Shown: positions 26,930-35,177 of the stretch, in pieces
Layout of the letters: each line of letters opens with the position of its first letter
How positions within the stretch are numbered: position 1 is the first letter of the stretch
Source of the DNA: Actinomycetota bacterium
GTDB lineage: Bacteria > Actinomycetota > UBA4738
Length of the DNA stretch: 64,000 nt
Reading direction: 5' to 3'
Assembly: GCA_036259835.1 (NCBI GenBank)
Contig: DATABA010000031.1
Coordinates: 472-64,471, forward strand
Notes under the pieces: generated by a model
Database searches by the model: none
Told to the model about the DNA's origin: nothing
The model's input: the letters and a program-made list of their open reading frames with translations, nothing else
Made by a program: the position numbers and the translations under genes

Positions 26930-27628
26930 TTACGTCTCGGGGAGCTCCAGCTCGGCCACGACAGGCAGGTGGTCAGAGGCCGTCCGCACGTTTGGCGCTG
27001 CCGAAACCCAGGACGCCGTGACCTGCGTTACGTCGCGGGCGAAGAGGTAGTCGATCCGAGCGCTCGGCGTCTTGGCTGGGAAGGTCAACCCATCGCCATC
27101 ACCTGCAGTGGCGAACGCGTCGAACAGCCGCTCCGAAATCCACCGCGCCGCTGTGCCGTCCGGGCCTTCGTTCACGTCGACACCGACGACCAATGGTCCC
27201 TTCACCCCGGCCAGGTAATCCGTGAGAACGCGGGCATGGTGGACTCGTTCGCGGGGAGCAAGGCCCAGATGGGTGGCGACCGCGGTGAGCGGCGCACCGA
27301 GCCGTCGGAGCTCGGCGGCAATGAAACCGCGACGATAGGTTCGGCCGAGTCTCGGGAAGTCCTGAACCTTCACCGAGACCAGCCTCCATTCCCGCGAGTA
27401 CAGAACCGCGTTGCGCACGCGGTTGAACATTCGGTGGCTGGAGACCCATTCCATTCGCAGACGCTTGGCCAGACGCCGTACTCGTCGCCGCGAACGCGAT
27501 TCTTGAAGCAAGACCAGGTCCGGTCGCTCCCTCGCGATGACGCTCGCAACGGCGCCGACTCCGGACCGGAACCCGTGCACGTTCCACACCAGGGCGCGAA
27601 CGCGCATGTTGCTAATCCAGAATGCCAA
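26930..27628 (-). CDS. Endonuclease/exonuclease/phosphatase (EEP) family protein
   Basis: ..RALVWNVHGF.., ..DLVLLQE.., ..GVDVNEGPDG.., C-terminal ..SDHLPVVAELE... Confidence 0.8.
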   Translation of the reverse strand: MAFWISNMRVRALVWNVHGFRSGVGAVASVIARERPDLVLLQESRSRRRVRRLAKRLRMEWVSSHRMFNRVRNAVLYSREWRLVSVKVQDFPRLGRTYRRGFIAAELRRLGAPLTAVATHLGLAPRERVHHARVLTDYLAGVKGPLVVGVDVNEGPDGTAARWISERLFDAFATAGDGDGLTFPAKTPSARIDYLFARDVTQVTASWVSAAPNVRTASDHLPVVAELELPET

Positions 27629-27640
27629 CCGACGGGACGG

Positions 27641-28579
27641 TCAATACGCCACCTGCGTGCCGGCGCCGCCGCTCAGGGCGACAGGCCCCCGCTCCAGGGA
27701 CGTGATGATGGCCCGCTTTCCCCCGCCCTCGACGAACTGGACCGCCGCTTCGACCTTCGGCTGCATGGATCCCGCTTGGAACTCCCCGGCTTCGAGCCGG
27801 CGGCGTGCCTCCTCGGGGGTGATCCTGGACAGGAGATGCTGCTCCGGGGTGCCGAAGTCCTCGAATACCCCTTCAACGTCGGTCAGGATCAACAGGGCGT
27901 CGGCCTCGACGTCCTTGGCCAGGATGCACGCCGCGAGATCCTTGTCGACCACCGCTTCCACGCCTTCCAACCGCGGTCCCTCCTCGATCACCGGGACTCC
28001 CCCACCACCGGCCGAGATCACGATCACGCCGTCGGCGACCAGCTGCCTGATGACTGGAGCTTCCACGATCGAATACGGATGGGGCGAGGGGACGACACGA
28101 CGCCATCCTTCTCCCCCGGGCGCCGGCGCGACCTGGTAGCCGCGATCGCGGGCCAGCCGTGCCGCTTCGTCTTCCGAATAGTAGGGCCCGATGGGCTTGG
28201 TGGGCTCGCTGAAAGCTGGGTCGTTCTTCGGCACGCGCGTCAACGTGAGGACGGTCACGACCGGGCGATCCATGCCGCGTTCGTAGAACACGTCGCCGAT
28301 CGAGGTCTGAAGCAAGTACCCGATCTGCCCCTGGCTTTCCGCACCGCAAATGTCCAGAGGCATGGGCGCGACGACGTGGCTCGCCACTTCGTTCTGAAGG
28401 AGGATCCGGCCGACCTGCGGCCCGTTGCCGTGGGTGACGACCACTTCCCATCCCTGCTGAGCGATGTCGGCGATGACCTCGGCGGAGAAACGCGCCGAGC
28501 GCCGCATGGTCTCCGCAGTTTCCTCGGCTCCCTTCGGGAGAAGCGCGTTCCCGCCGAGCCCGACGACCACTCGCTCCAC
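27641..28579 (-). CDS. arcC: Carbamate kinase
   Basis: MERVVVGLGGNALL.., ..VVTHGNGPQVG.., ..GGGGVPV.., ..VDKDLAA... Length 312 aa. Confidence 0.9.
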   Translation of the reverse strand: MERVVVGLGGNALLPKGAEETAETMRRSARFSAEVIADIAQQGWEVVVTHGNGPQVGRILLQNEVASHVVAPMPLDICGAESQGQIGYLLQTSIGDVFYERGMDRPVVTVLTLTRVPKNDPAFSEPTKPIGPYYSEDEAARLARDRGYQVAPAPGGEGWRRVVPSPHPYSIVEAPVIRQLVADGVIVISAGGGGVPVIEEGPRLEGVEAVVDKDLAACILAKDVEADALLILTDVEGVFEDFGTPEQHLLSRITPEEARRRLEAGEFQAGSMQPKVEAAVQFVEGGGKRAIITSLERGPVALSGGAGTQVAY

Positions 28580-28587
28580 GCGAGTTC

Positions 28588-29904
28588 CTACGACAGGACC
28601 GCCCGGAGAGCGTCGGCCATAGTCGGCGACCCCTCCGTCTCTTCCAGCTCGTAGGTGACCCTCACCGCGGGCTTGTCGATCCGGATCAGATGGCGAAGGT
28701 CGATCGGACTGGCCACCAGGACCACGTCGACCGGAGTGGAATTGATCATGGTCTCGAGCTCGTGGAGCTGCTCAGTGGAATAGCCCATCGCCGGGAGCAC
28801 AGGGCCGACCTCGTACTTGGCGTACACGTCCTTCAGCGTCCCGACGGCCCATTGGCGCGGGTCCACCACCTCGGCGGCGCCGTTCTGCCGGGCCGCCACC
28901 ACGCCGGCCCCGTAGAGCATGTCGCCGTGGGTCAGCGTCGGTCCGTCCTCGATGACCAGCACCCGCTTCCCGGCGATCTTCCCCCCTTCCTCGTCCACTC
29001 GAACCGGACTGCGCGCCTTGATGATCAGGGCATCGGGATTGACCGCGCCGGCGGAGTACATCACCTCCTGCACTTCATCTTCGGCTGCCGAATCCACCTT
29101 GTTGATGACGATGACGTCGGCCATTCGGAAATTGGTCTCGCCCGGGTGATACGAGAGCTCGTGTCCGGCTCTCAGGGGGTCCGCCACGACGATGTGGACG
29201 TTCGGCCGGTAGAACGGGTAGTCGTTGTTGCCTCCGTCCCACACCAGGACGTCGCATTCCTTCTGGGCCTGCTCGAGGATTTCGCCGTAGTCGACGCCGG
29301 CGAAAACGACGGTGTTGTTTCGCAGGTGCGGCTCGTACTCCTCGCGCTCCTCGATGGTGACGTTGGCCTCGTCCAGGTCGTCGAACGTCTGAAATCGCTG
29401 GACACGCTGCTTCACGATGTCGCCGTACGGCATCGGATGACGAACGACGACTGGCGTCTTCCCGTGCTCCTTCAGGGTTCGAACCACGTGCCGTGTGGTC
29501 TGGCTCTTCCCCGAGCCGGTTCGCACGGCGCACACCGCGACGACAGGGACGGATGCGTCGAGCATCGTTTCGTTTGGTCCGAGAATGATGAACGAAGCGC
29601 CGGCGGCCATGGCCACACTGGCCTGGTGCATCACGTACTCGTGCGAAACGTCCGAATAGGCGAAGACGACCTGGTCCACCCGGAGGTCTTTGACGAGCCG
29701 AGACAGCAAATCCTCGAGGTGAATGGGAATCCCGTCCGGATACCGCGACCCGGCCAACTCCGGAGGGTAGCGGCGGTTCTCGATAAATGGGATCTGCGTC
29801 GCCGTGAACGCAACGACTTCGGTTTCAGGGTCGTCGCGATACGCCACGTTGAAGTTGTGGAAGTCGCGGCCAGCCGCGCCCATGATCACCACGCGTCGCG
29901 TCAT
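28588..29904 (-). CDS. COG2403-type P-loop protein (predicted GTPase / cyclic-2,3-diphosphoglycerate-synthetase-like)
   Basis: RRVVIMGAAGRDFHNFNVAYRDDPETEVVAFTATQIP.., P-loop AVRTGSGKSQTTR, ..VVRHPMPYGD... Start taken at the internal MTRRVV. Confidence 0.65.
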   Translation of the reverse strand: MTRRVVIMGAAGRDFHNFNVAYRDDPETEVVAFTATQIPFIENRRYPPELAGSRYPDGIPIHLEDLLSRLVKDLRVDQVVFAYSDVSHEYVMHQASVAMAAGASFIILGPNETMLDASVPVVAVCAVRTGSGKSQTTRHVVRTLKEHGKTPVVVRHPMPYGDIVKQRVQRFQTFDDLDEANVTIEEREEYEPHLRNNTVVFAGVDYGEILEQAQKECDVLVWDGGNNDYPFYRPNVHIVVADPLRAGHELSYHPGETNFRMADVIVINKVDSAAEDEVQEVMYSAGAVNPDALIIKARSPVRVDEEGGKIAGKRVLVIEDGPTLTHGDMLYGAGVVAARQNGAAEVVDPRQWAVGTLKDVYAKYEVGPVLPAMGYSTEQLHELETMINSTPVDVVLVASPIDLRHLIRIDKPAVRVTYELEETEGSPTMADALRAVLS

Positions 29905-30020
29905 TCGTGAGCCTCTTTCGTGTGAGCGGGGGGCATTCGCGGGCAGCCGAACGAGCTTACGTGGGCGAAAACGGCGCGTCAAAGATCGCTGTTCGTACCT
30001 CCCGCCTCAGCCGATGCAAG

Positions 30021-30935
30021 CTAGACGAGCGTGGGAAGGACGCGCTCTGCGATGAGCTCCCGACGGCCGGCAGGCCCGGCCAGCACGATGATGACCCACT
30101 CGGCGCCCGCGTCGGCGAGATCACGGAGATGCTCGGCAAAGTCCTCAGCTGGCCCGGCCCACGCCAGCTCGTCCGTCAACCCCTTCTGCTTTCGCGACTC
30201 GAGGAGGCGGTCGACGTCGGTCTTGTCCTCACCGACGAGAACGATTCCGGCCCAGGTCGCCTCCGCTCGACGACCGGCGGCAGCGGCCTCCTCCGCGAGA
30301 ACCTGCGACTTCGTTCGAAACGCGTCCGGGAGGAGACCCCATCCGTTCCACCCGTCGGCGATCCGTCCCGCCATGCGAACGACTTCGTCGGCCTGTGCTC
30401 CGATCCATACGGGCGGACCTCCCTGCTGAACCGGAGGCGGGAGCAGAGGCCCGTCCAACCTCGGGACGTGGTCGCCGCCCTCGAAGACGTTTCCCGAGAA
30501 GAGCGCCTTCACAGCAGAAACCGTCTCGGCGAGGTGCGCCCGTCTCTCTTTCACCCCGAGGTTCGGGAAGCCGAACGTGTCATGCTCTGGACGGTCGATC
30601 GGGTCACCCGTTCCGATGCCCAGCACCATCCGGCCATCGCTCATCAAGTCGATGGTCGAAGCCATCTTCGCCAGGAGCCCAGGCGGTCGGAGAACGGCGC
30701 GGGTGACAAGGGTCCCGAGTCGCACGCGTTCGGTGCTTGCCGCCACAGCGGCGAGGGTGGTGAACGCCTCCAGAGCGGGCCGATCCGGGCTCGCTCCCGG
30801 GGGGAAGAAATGGTCGAAGACAAAAGCCCCGTCGTAGCCGAGCTGTTCGGACGCCTGCGCGGCGGAGATGACCTTCGCCGGATCGCCCGAGAACATCGGC
30901 AAAACCACGCCGACCTTCGGTCTTCGCTCGCTCAT
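30021..30935 (-). CDS. LLM-class (luciferase-like) F420-dependent oxidoreductase
   Basis: ..LGYDGAFVFDHFFPPG.., ..RVRLGTLVTR.., ..GRMVLGIGTGD... 304 aa. 4-nt overlap with the upstream glucokinase gene. Confidence 0.8.
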   Translation of the reverse strand: MSERRPKVGVVLPMFSGDPAKVISAAQASEQLGYDGAFVFDHFFPPGASPDRPALEAFTTLAAVAASTERVRLGTLVTRAVLRPPGLLAKMASTIDLMSDGRMVLGIGTGDPIDRPEHDTFGFPNLGVKERRAHLAETVSAVKALFSGNVFEGGDHVPRLDGPLLPPPVQQGGPPVWIGAQADEVVRMAGRIADGWNGWGLLPDAFRTKSQVLAEEAAAAGRRAEATWAGIVLVGEDKTDVDRLLESRKQKGLTDELAWAGPAEDFAEHLRDLADAGAEWVIIVLAGPAGRRELIAERVLPTLV

Positions 30936-31918
30936 CCGGTGAACGCCTCTCCTTTCGGGTGCGCGCCGTGCTCTTCTGCCTGCAAAACCGCGAGGTCTGC
31001 GGCACCGACCGCTCCGGCATCGTTCCCCAACTTTGCCCGAACGATGGGGACTCCCGGGCGATGCTGGGGGGCTTCCACGGCCTCGAGGAAGGCTTGCCTT
31101 GCCGGATCCAGAAGAGCGTCTCCCACGTCGGCCACTCCGCCCCCCACCACGACCACTTCGGGATCGAGGACGTTGACCAATCCCGCGATCCCCTCCCCGA
31201 GGCGCCGGCCCACGTCCGCCAACACGCGAATAGCCACCGGGTCACCGTACTGAGCCGCCTCGGAGACCAGCCGCCCGGTCACATTCTGTGAGTCCCCGCT
31301 GGCCATCCGAGCCAGCGTGCTCTCGGGCTGGCGCTGCGCCGCCTCCCGGCCCAGGCGGTCCAGGGCCCGGCCCGACGCAACCTGTTCCCAGCACCCCAAG
31401 TTCCCGCACCCGCAACGAGGCCCGTTCGGTTCGACGATGATGTGGCCGATCTCGCCGGCAAACCCGTGGGCGCCCCGAACGAGCTTCCCGTCCGAAACGA
31501 TTCCGCCCCCGATCCCAGTCCCCACCGTCACCAGCAGCATGTCGTTGAATTCCAGGCCGGCTCCATACCTGAACTCGCCCCATGCCGCTGCGTTCGCGTC
31601 GTTGTCGACGACGGTTGGAAGTCCGGTCGCGGCAGCCACCTCGTGTCGGATCGGAACATCGCGCCACGCCACGTTCGGCGCGAACCGCATGACGCCCTTC
31701 CGATCCACCATGCCGGCCGCTCCCACCCCGATTGCCAGTACCTGGTCGGCCATGAGCTCCCGCGCCACGGCGACGATCGCGCGCACCGATGCAGCCGAAT
31801 CCTCCGCGGGCGTGGCGACGGTCCGCCGGTCGAGGATCGTTCCTTCGGTCGTATCGACCAGAAGACCCCTCACCTTGGTCCCACCCGCGTCGACGCCAAC
31901 AGCAAGTCGAGCCGGCAT
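30932..31918 (-). CDS. glk: ROK-family glucokinase
   Basis: GVDAGGTKV.., ..VDNDANAAAWGE.., ROK zinc motif CGCGNLGCWEQ. Confidence 0.85.
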   Translation of the reverse strand: MPARLAVGVDAGGTKVRGLLVDTTEGTILDRRTVATPAEDSAASVRAIVAVARELMADQVLAIGVGAAGMVDRKGVMRFAPNVAWRDVPIRHEVAAATGLPTVVDNDANAAAWGEFRYGAGLEFNDMLLVTVGTGIGGGIVSDGKLVRGAHGFAGEIGHIIVEPNGPRCGCGNLGCWEQVASGRALDRLGREAAQRQPESTLARMASGDSQNVTGRLVSEAAQYGDPVAIRVLADVGRRLGEGIAGLVNVLDPEVVVVGGGVADVGDALLDPARQAFLEAVEAPQHRPGVPIVRAKLGNDAGAVGAADLAVLQAEEHGAHPKGEAFTG

Positions 31919-31986
31919 AGGCGCCGAGAGTACCGAACGACGATGCCAGGGACTACTGATTCACGACAGCCGTTGGGAGAACCCGC

Positions 31987-33105
31987 TCAGTACCGAAGGA
32001 GCGCGCCGACGTCCTCCTTGCCGGTGTCGGTTCGGTCGAGCGTTTGGACACGAGAGCTCTGTTTGATGGCAGCCTCCACAGCCGACTCCATCACGTCGGG
32101 GACGTCCTCGAACTCCGCACCACAGCGAGGGCATGTCTTTCCCGTGACGGCGAGCCACTCGCACCGCGGACACTTCAACCCTTTTTCCGATCGCCCGAAC
32201 GGGACCACCAGAGTGTCGACTCGTCCTTCGTTCAGCGCCTTGAGTGCGTGCCCGAGCCCAATGACGCCCAAGCGACCGGCCGCCGCCTCAGCTTCGAGCC
32301 TCTCCAGGGTGGCCCTCTCCCGCTGCCCTTCCAGCTCTTCCTCGACCTGGAGTGATTTCTGCAGCACGTCATCGGCGTTGGCATGCATCGGAAGCGTCGT
32401 TCGGGCCACCACCCGGCGCTTCAGGTAGTCGTGGAGGCCCTCCTCGAACGCCGGAACGATCTCCTCGGGACCGGCGAGGATCAGATGATCGAAGTTTCGG
32501 CGCTTGAAGTAACGAAGGAGGACGTCCCCAACGTGCTTGAGGTGCCGTTCCACCAGCTCCTCGATATGTCGCTGAAACCGCGCCTGCGACCATCCGCCCT
32601 GGTCGTGCTGCCCGGGAACGTCATCGAACACGTCGGTCGCTTCTTCGATCCTTCCCATCTTCGCCAGAAACACCCGTGCCTTCTCCCGGTCGACGATCAC
32701 CGTGCAGAACGACTCGTACGTCTCCACCATGGCTTCCAGCGGCAGGACGTACGGGTGGTCGGCGATCACCGCTCGGTCCTGGACGGAACGGGGCACCAGG
32801 ACCTTCTCCCACATCCCGGCCTCTGACGACGAGAACAATGCGACGCCTCGGTTATTGCCTCGATCCAGGCCGTTGAGGAAGTCGATGAACCGGTCGACGT
32901 CGCCTTTCACCGAGCGCTTGGCCTCCTTGTCCCCAGCGGCCTGGTCCTTCAGCTGCGTGCAGAGCGCTTCCGCTCTCACCATGTAGTTCTCGCGACGCGG
33001 AAATCGGCGTCCGTCGACGTCGAGGTAGAGGCTCGAGACCGGCGCGCCGTTCGAGCTCCACTCGGCTAGCTTGCGCAGATAGTCGCGGTCGAGGTCGGCC
33101 ATCAC
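31987..33105 (-). CDS. eRF1/Vms1-like (bacterial archaeo-eukaryotic release-factor family) protein with C-terminal zinc ribbon
   Basis: 372 aa. It carries a GGQ-like loop GQHDQGGWSQARFQRH (compare eRF1 GRGGQSALRF) and CPRC-x11-CPRC near the C-terminus. 4-nt overlap with the upstream 117-aa gene. Confidence 0.6.
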   Translation of the reverse strand: MMADLDRDYLRKLAEWSSNGAPVSSLYLDVDGRRFPRRENYMVRAEALCTQLKDQAAGDKEAKRSVKGDVDRFIDFLNGLDRGNNRGVALFSSSEAGMWEKVLVPRSVQDRAVIADHPYVLPLEAMVETYESFCTVIVDREKARVFLAKMGRIEEATDVFDDVPGQHDQGGWSQARFQRHIEELVERHLKHVGDVLLRYFKRRNFDHLILAGPEEIVPAFEEGLHDYLKRRVVARTTLPMHANADDVLQKSLQVEEELEGQRERATLERLEAEAAAGRLGVIGLGHALKALNEGRVDTLVVPFGRSEKGLKCPRCEWLAVTGKTCPRCGAEFEDVPDVMESAVEAAIKQSSRVQTLDRTDTGKEDVGALLRY

Positions 33106-33455
33106 TCCACCTTGATCCGCTCGAGCTTCGACGGCTTGGCCGTCCCCTCCAGCCGCGCGTCGATGAGCGAACGAACCGCCAGCAGCACTTCGCGGCTTGC
33201 CCCCAACAGGTGCTGCACGAGGTCGGGGCGAGCCTCTCCCACCGCAGTGACGACCAGGCAGATCGGACAGAGCGCCACGGAACAGATCGGCTGCTGCATC
33301 TCGTGGGCTCCATCGGCCAGCGCCGAGAGATCCGCTTCCAGCGAGGGCTCGCTTGGATCCGGTCCTGAGTTGATCGTGATCTTCTCGGCGCGCCGGCTCG
33401 ATGATCGTGTGGAGGACCGCCGTGATCGCTGTGAATTCCCCTTTGTTTCCGCCAT
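33102..33455 (-). CDS. Small protein with Ser/Arg-rich N-terminus and CxxxxCxxC motif (unknown function)
   Basis: 117 aa: MAETKGNSQRSRRSSTRSSSRR... then ..QQPICSVALCPICLVV... Its start lies 1 nt after the ArsA stop and its stop overlaps the eRF1-like start. Confidence 0.5.
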   Translation of the reverse strand: MAETKGNSQRSRRSSTRSSSRRAEKITINSGPDPSEPSLEADLSALADGAHEMQQPICSVALCPICLVVTAVGEARPDLVQHLLGASREVLLAVRSLIDARLEGTAKPSKLERIKVE

Positions 33456-33456
33456 G

Positions 33457-34674
33457 TCATCTCCTCGCTTGAGAACCGGCGTCGACCGGTGCCTCCCGAG
33501 CGGAGGGCTTCGCGAACCGAACGTCCAGTCGGCCGTCCTCGAAGTTCGCTTCCTGCACCTCCAACCGCTGCAGCGTCTGCGGCAGGATCATGTTTCTCTT
33601 GTACGACCCGACGCTGATGTACAGCTCGTCGGCCTTGCGGAACACGTCCAAGTCCGACCGTTCGACGAACGGCAACCGCAAGGAGAGAACGTACGAGCTG
33701 CCTCTCCGCCTGACGCGCATCGGTTCATCGCGGTGCAGGATGGAGGTCGGGTCGGTGTCGCCGTAGACCTCTCCCGCCATGTCGGCCAGAAGATCGAGTC
33801 CCACCATTTCGCGGTCGAACAACCGCGCCTTCAGGATCGGAACCGGCTCGAAGGACTCCATGATCATGGACAGGTGTTCGGCCTGGATCTCCTTCCACTT
33901 GCCGAAGTAGGGGTCCGACACCTCGGCCGGAATGATCCTGTTCACCACCACCGCGTCTGTTCGATAGCCGAACAGCGAGAGGTACGTGTAGGTCCGTCGC
34001 GCTTCGGCGATGACCATCTTCTCGGGGTTCACCACCAGGCGAACCGACGACATCCGATCGTTCGTCAGAAGCTGCCGCACGCCGTCCAGGTTGCGATGCA
34101 GTCGTTCAACCGCAGCGTAGATGCGGTCTTCGGCGATGGGCATGGTGGTGATGCGCGTGAGCAGCGGGCGAACGGTCTTCACGATGCGGCGTTCGACCGG
34201 AAAGATTCGCTCGATGTACCAGTTCATGATCTCCGGGAGCGAGAGCAGCCGAAGCGTTTCCGCCGTGGGCGCGCAATCGATCACCAGGAGGTCGTACTTC
34301 CCTGAATCCACGTGCTGCTTGACGTCGATCAGGCTGAAGATCTCGTCCAGCCCGGGAATGACCGAGAGCTCCTCCGCTTCGATCGCGTCGACGCCCGCCC
34401 AATTCAGCCAGGAGATCACGAACTCCTGAATCTCCCGCCAGTTCGCCTCCAGCCGATCCTGGGCGTCGATCTGCTCGGCCCAGAGGTTCGGCGCGATCTC
34501 CTGGGCGCTCGACGAGAGCGGGATGTCGAATGAGTCGGCCAGCGAGTGGGCGGGGTCCGTGCTGATGACGATGGTTCGTTTGCCCGACATCGCGGCCCGG
34601 ACTGCGGTGGACGCGGCAACGGTGGTCTTGCCGACCCCGCCCTTGCCGGTGAACAGGAGGATCCGCACGACCAA
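33457..34674 (-). CDS. ArsA/Get3-family ATPase
   Basis: Deviant Walker A FTGKGGVGKTT, signature TDPAHSL, 405 aa. Confidence 0.85.
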   Translation of the reverse strand: MVVRILLFTGKGGVGKTTVAASTAVRAAMSGKRTIVISTDPAHSLADSFDIPLSSSAQEIAPNLWAEQIDAQDRLEANWREIQEFVISWLNWAGVDAIEAEELSVIPGLDEIFSLIDVKQHVDSGKYDLLVIDCAPTAETLRLLSLPEIMNWYIERIFPVERRIVKTVRPLLTRITTMPIAEDRIYAAVERLHRNLDGVRQLLTNDRMSSVRLVVNPEKMVIAEARRTYTYLSLFGYRTDAVVVNRIIPAEVSDPYFGKWKEIQAEHLSMIMESFEPVPILKARLFDREMVGLDLLADMAGEVYGDTDPTSILHRDEPMRVRRRGSSYVLSLRLPFVERSDLDVFRKADELYISVGSYKRNMILPQTLQRLEVQEANFEDGRLDVRFAKPSAREAPVDAGSQARR

Positions 34675-34716
34675 AGAGCCTACTGAAAAGGGTGAGGGAG
34701 CCGGTTTCTCGGCTGC

Positions 34717-35163
34717 TTAGCGGCCCTCCACCCGCTTCTTCAGGCCGCCGAGGGCCGTGCCGACGATCATTCGCTCCGCCTGCTTTCGAACCATCCCCGG
34801 CAGCTTCACGCCCGCCTCGACGGTCATCCGGTACGTCACATGAGTCCCGTCGTCGGTCTCCTCGAGCTCGTATTCGCCCTTGAGGCTCTTTACGGCGCCG
34901 GATGCGTCCTTTGACGTCCACGACAACCCGCCGTTCTTCGCCTTGTACTTGTAGGTCAGGGTGTAGCTGGCGTTGAAGCCCATCTGTCCGACTTCCATGA
35001 AGACCTCGCTCGGGCGGCCCTGTGAATCGGTCTTCTTCACCTCCACCTTCTTCACTCCCTGCGCCCAGTCGGGATACGACTCGAAGTCCGTGATGACCTC
35101 GAGGACCTCCTCCGCCGTGGCGTTGATGTCGATGTCGCCTTCGGTCTGCTCGGCCATGGACAC
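34717..35163 (-). CDS. SRPBCC (cyclase/dehydrase, START-like) protein
   Basis: 148 aa. ..ATAEEVLEVITDFESYPDWAQGVKKVEV.. is typical of the polyketide_cyc2/SRPBCC fold. Confidence 0.7.
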   Translation of the reverse strand: MSMAEQTEGDIDINATAEEVLEVITDFESYPDWAQGVKKVEVKKTDSQGRPSEVFMEVGQMGFNASYTLTYKYKAKNGGLSWTSKDASGAVKSLKGEYELEETDDGTHVTYRMTVEAGVKLPGMVRKQAERMIVGTALGGLKKRVEGR

Positions 35164-35177
35164 TCCCTTCCGTCGAC

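Noticed and set aside
26969-31253. Three long plus-strand ORFs (26969..28654, 28690..29910, 29907..31253)
   Set aside because: All lie antisense to well-supported minus-strand genes (EEP, carbamate kinase, COG2403, LLM, ROK). Their composition is Arg/Gly/Asp/His-rich and they carry no motifs. They are shadow ORFs.
33112-34305. 397-aa plus-strand ORF
   Set aside because: It lies antisense to the ArsA-type ATPase and the 117-aa gene, and no domain is recognisable.
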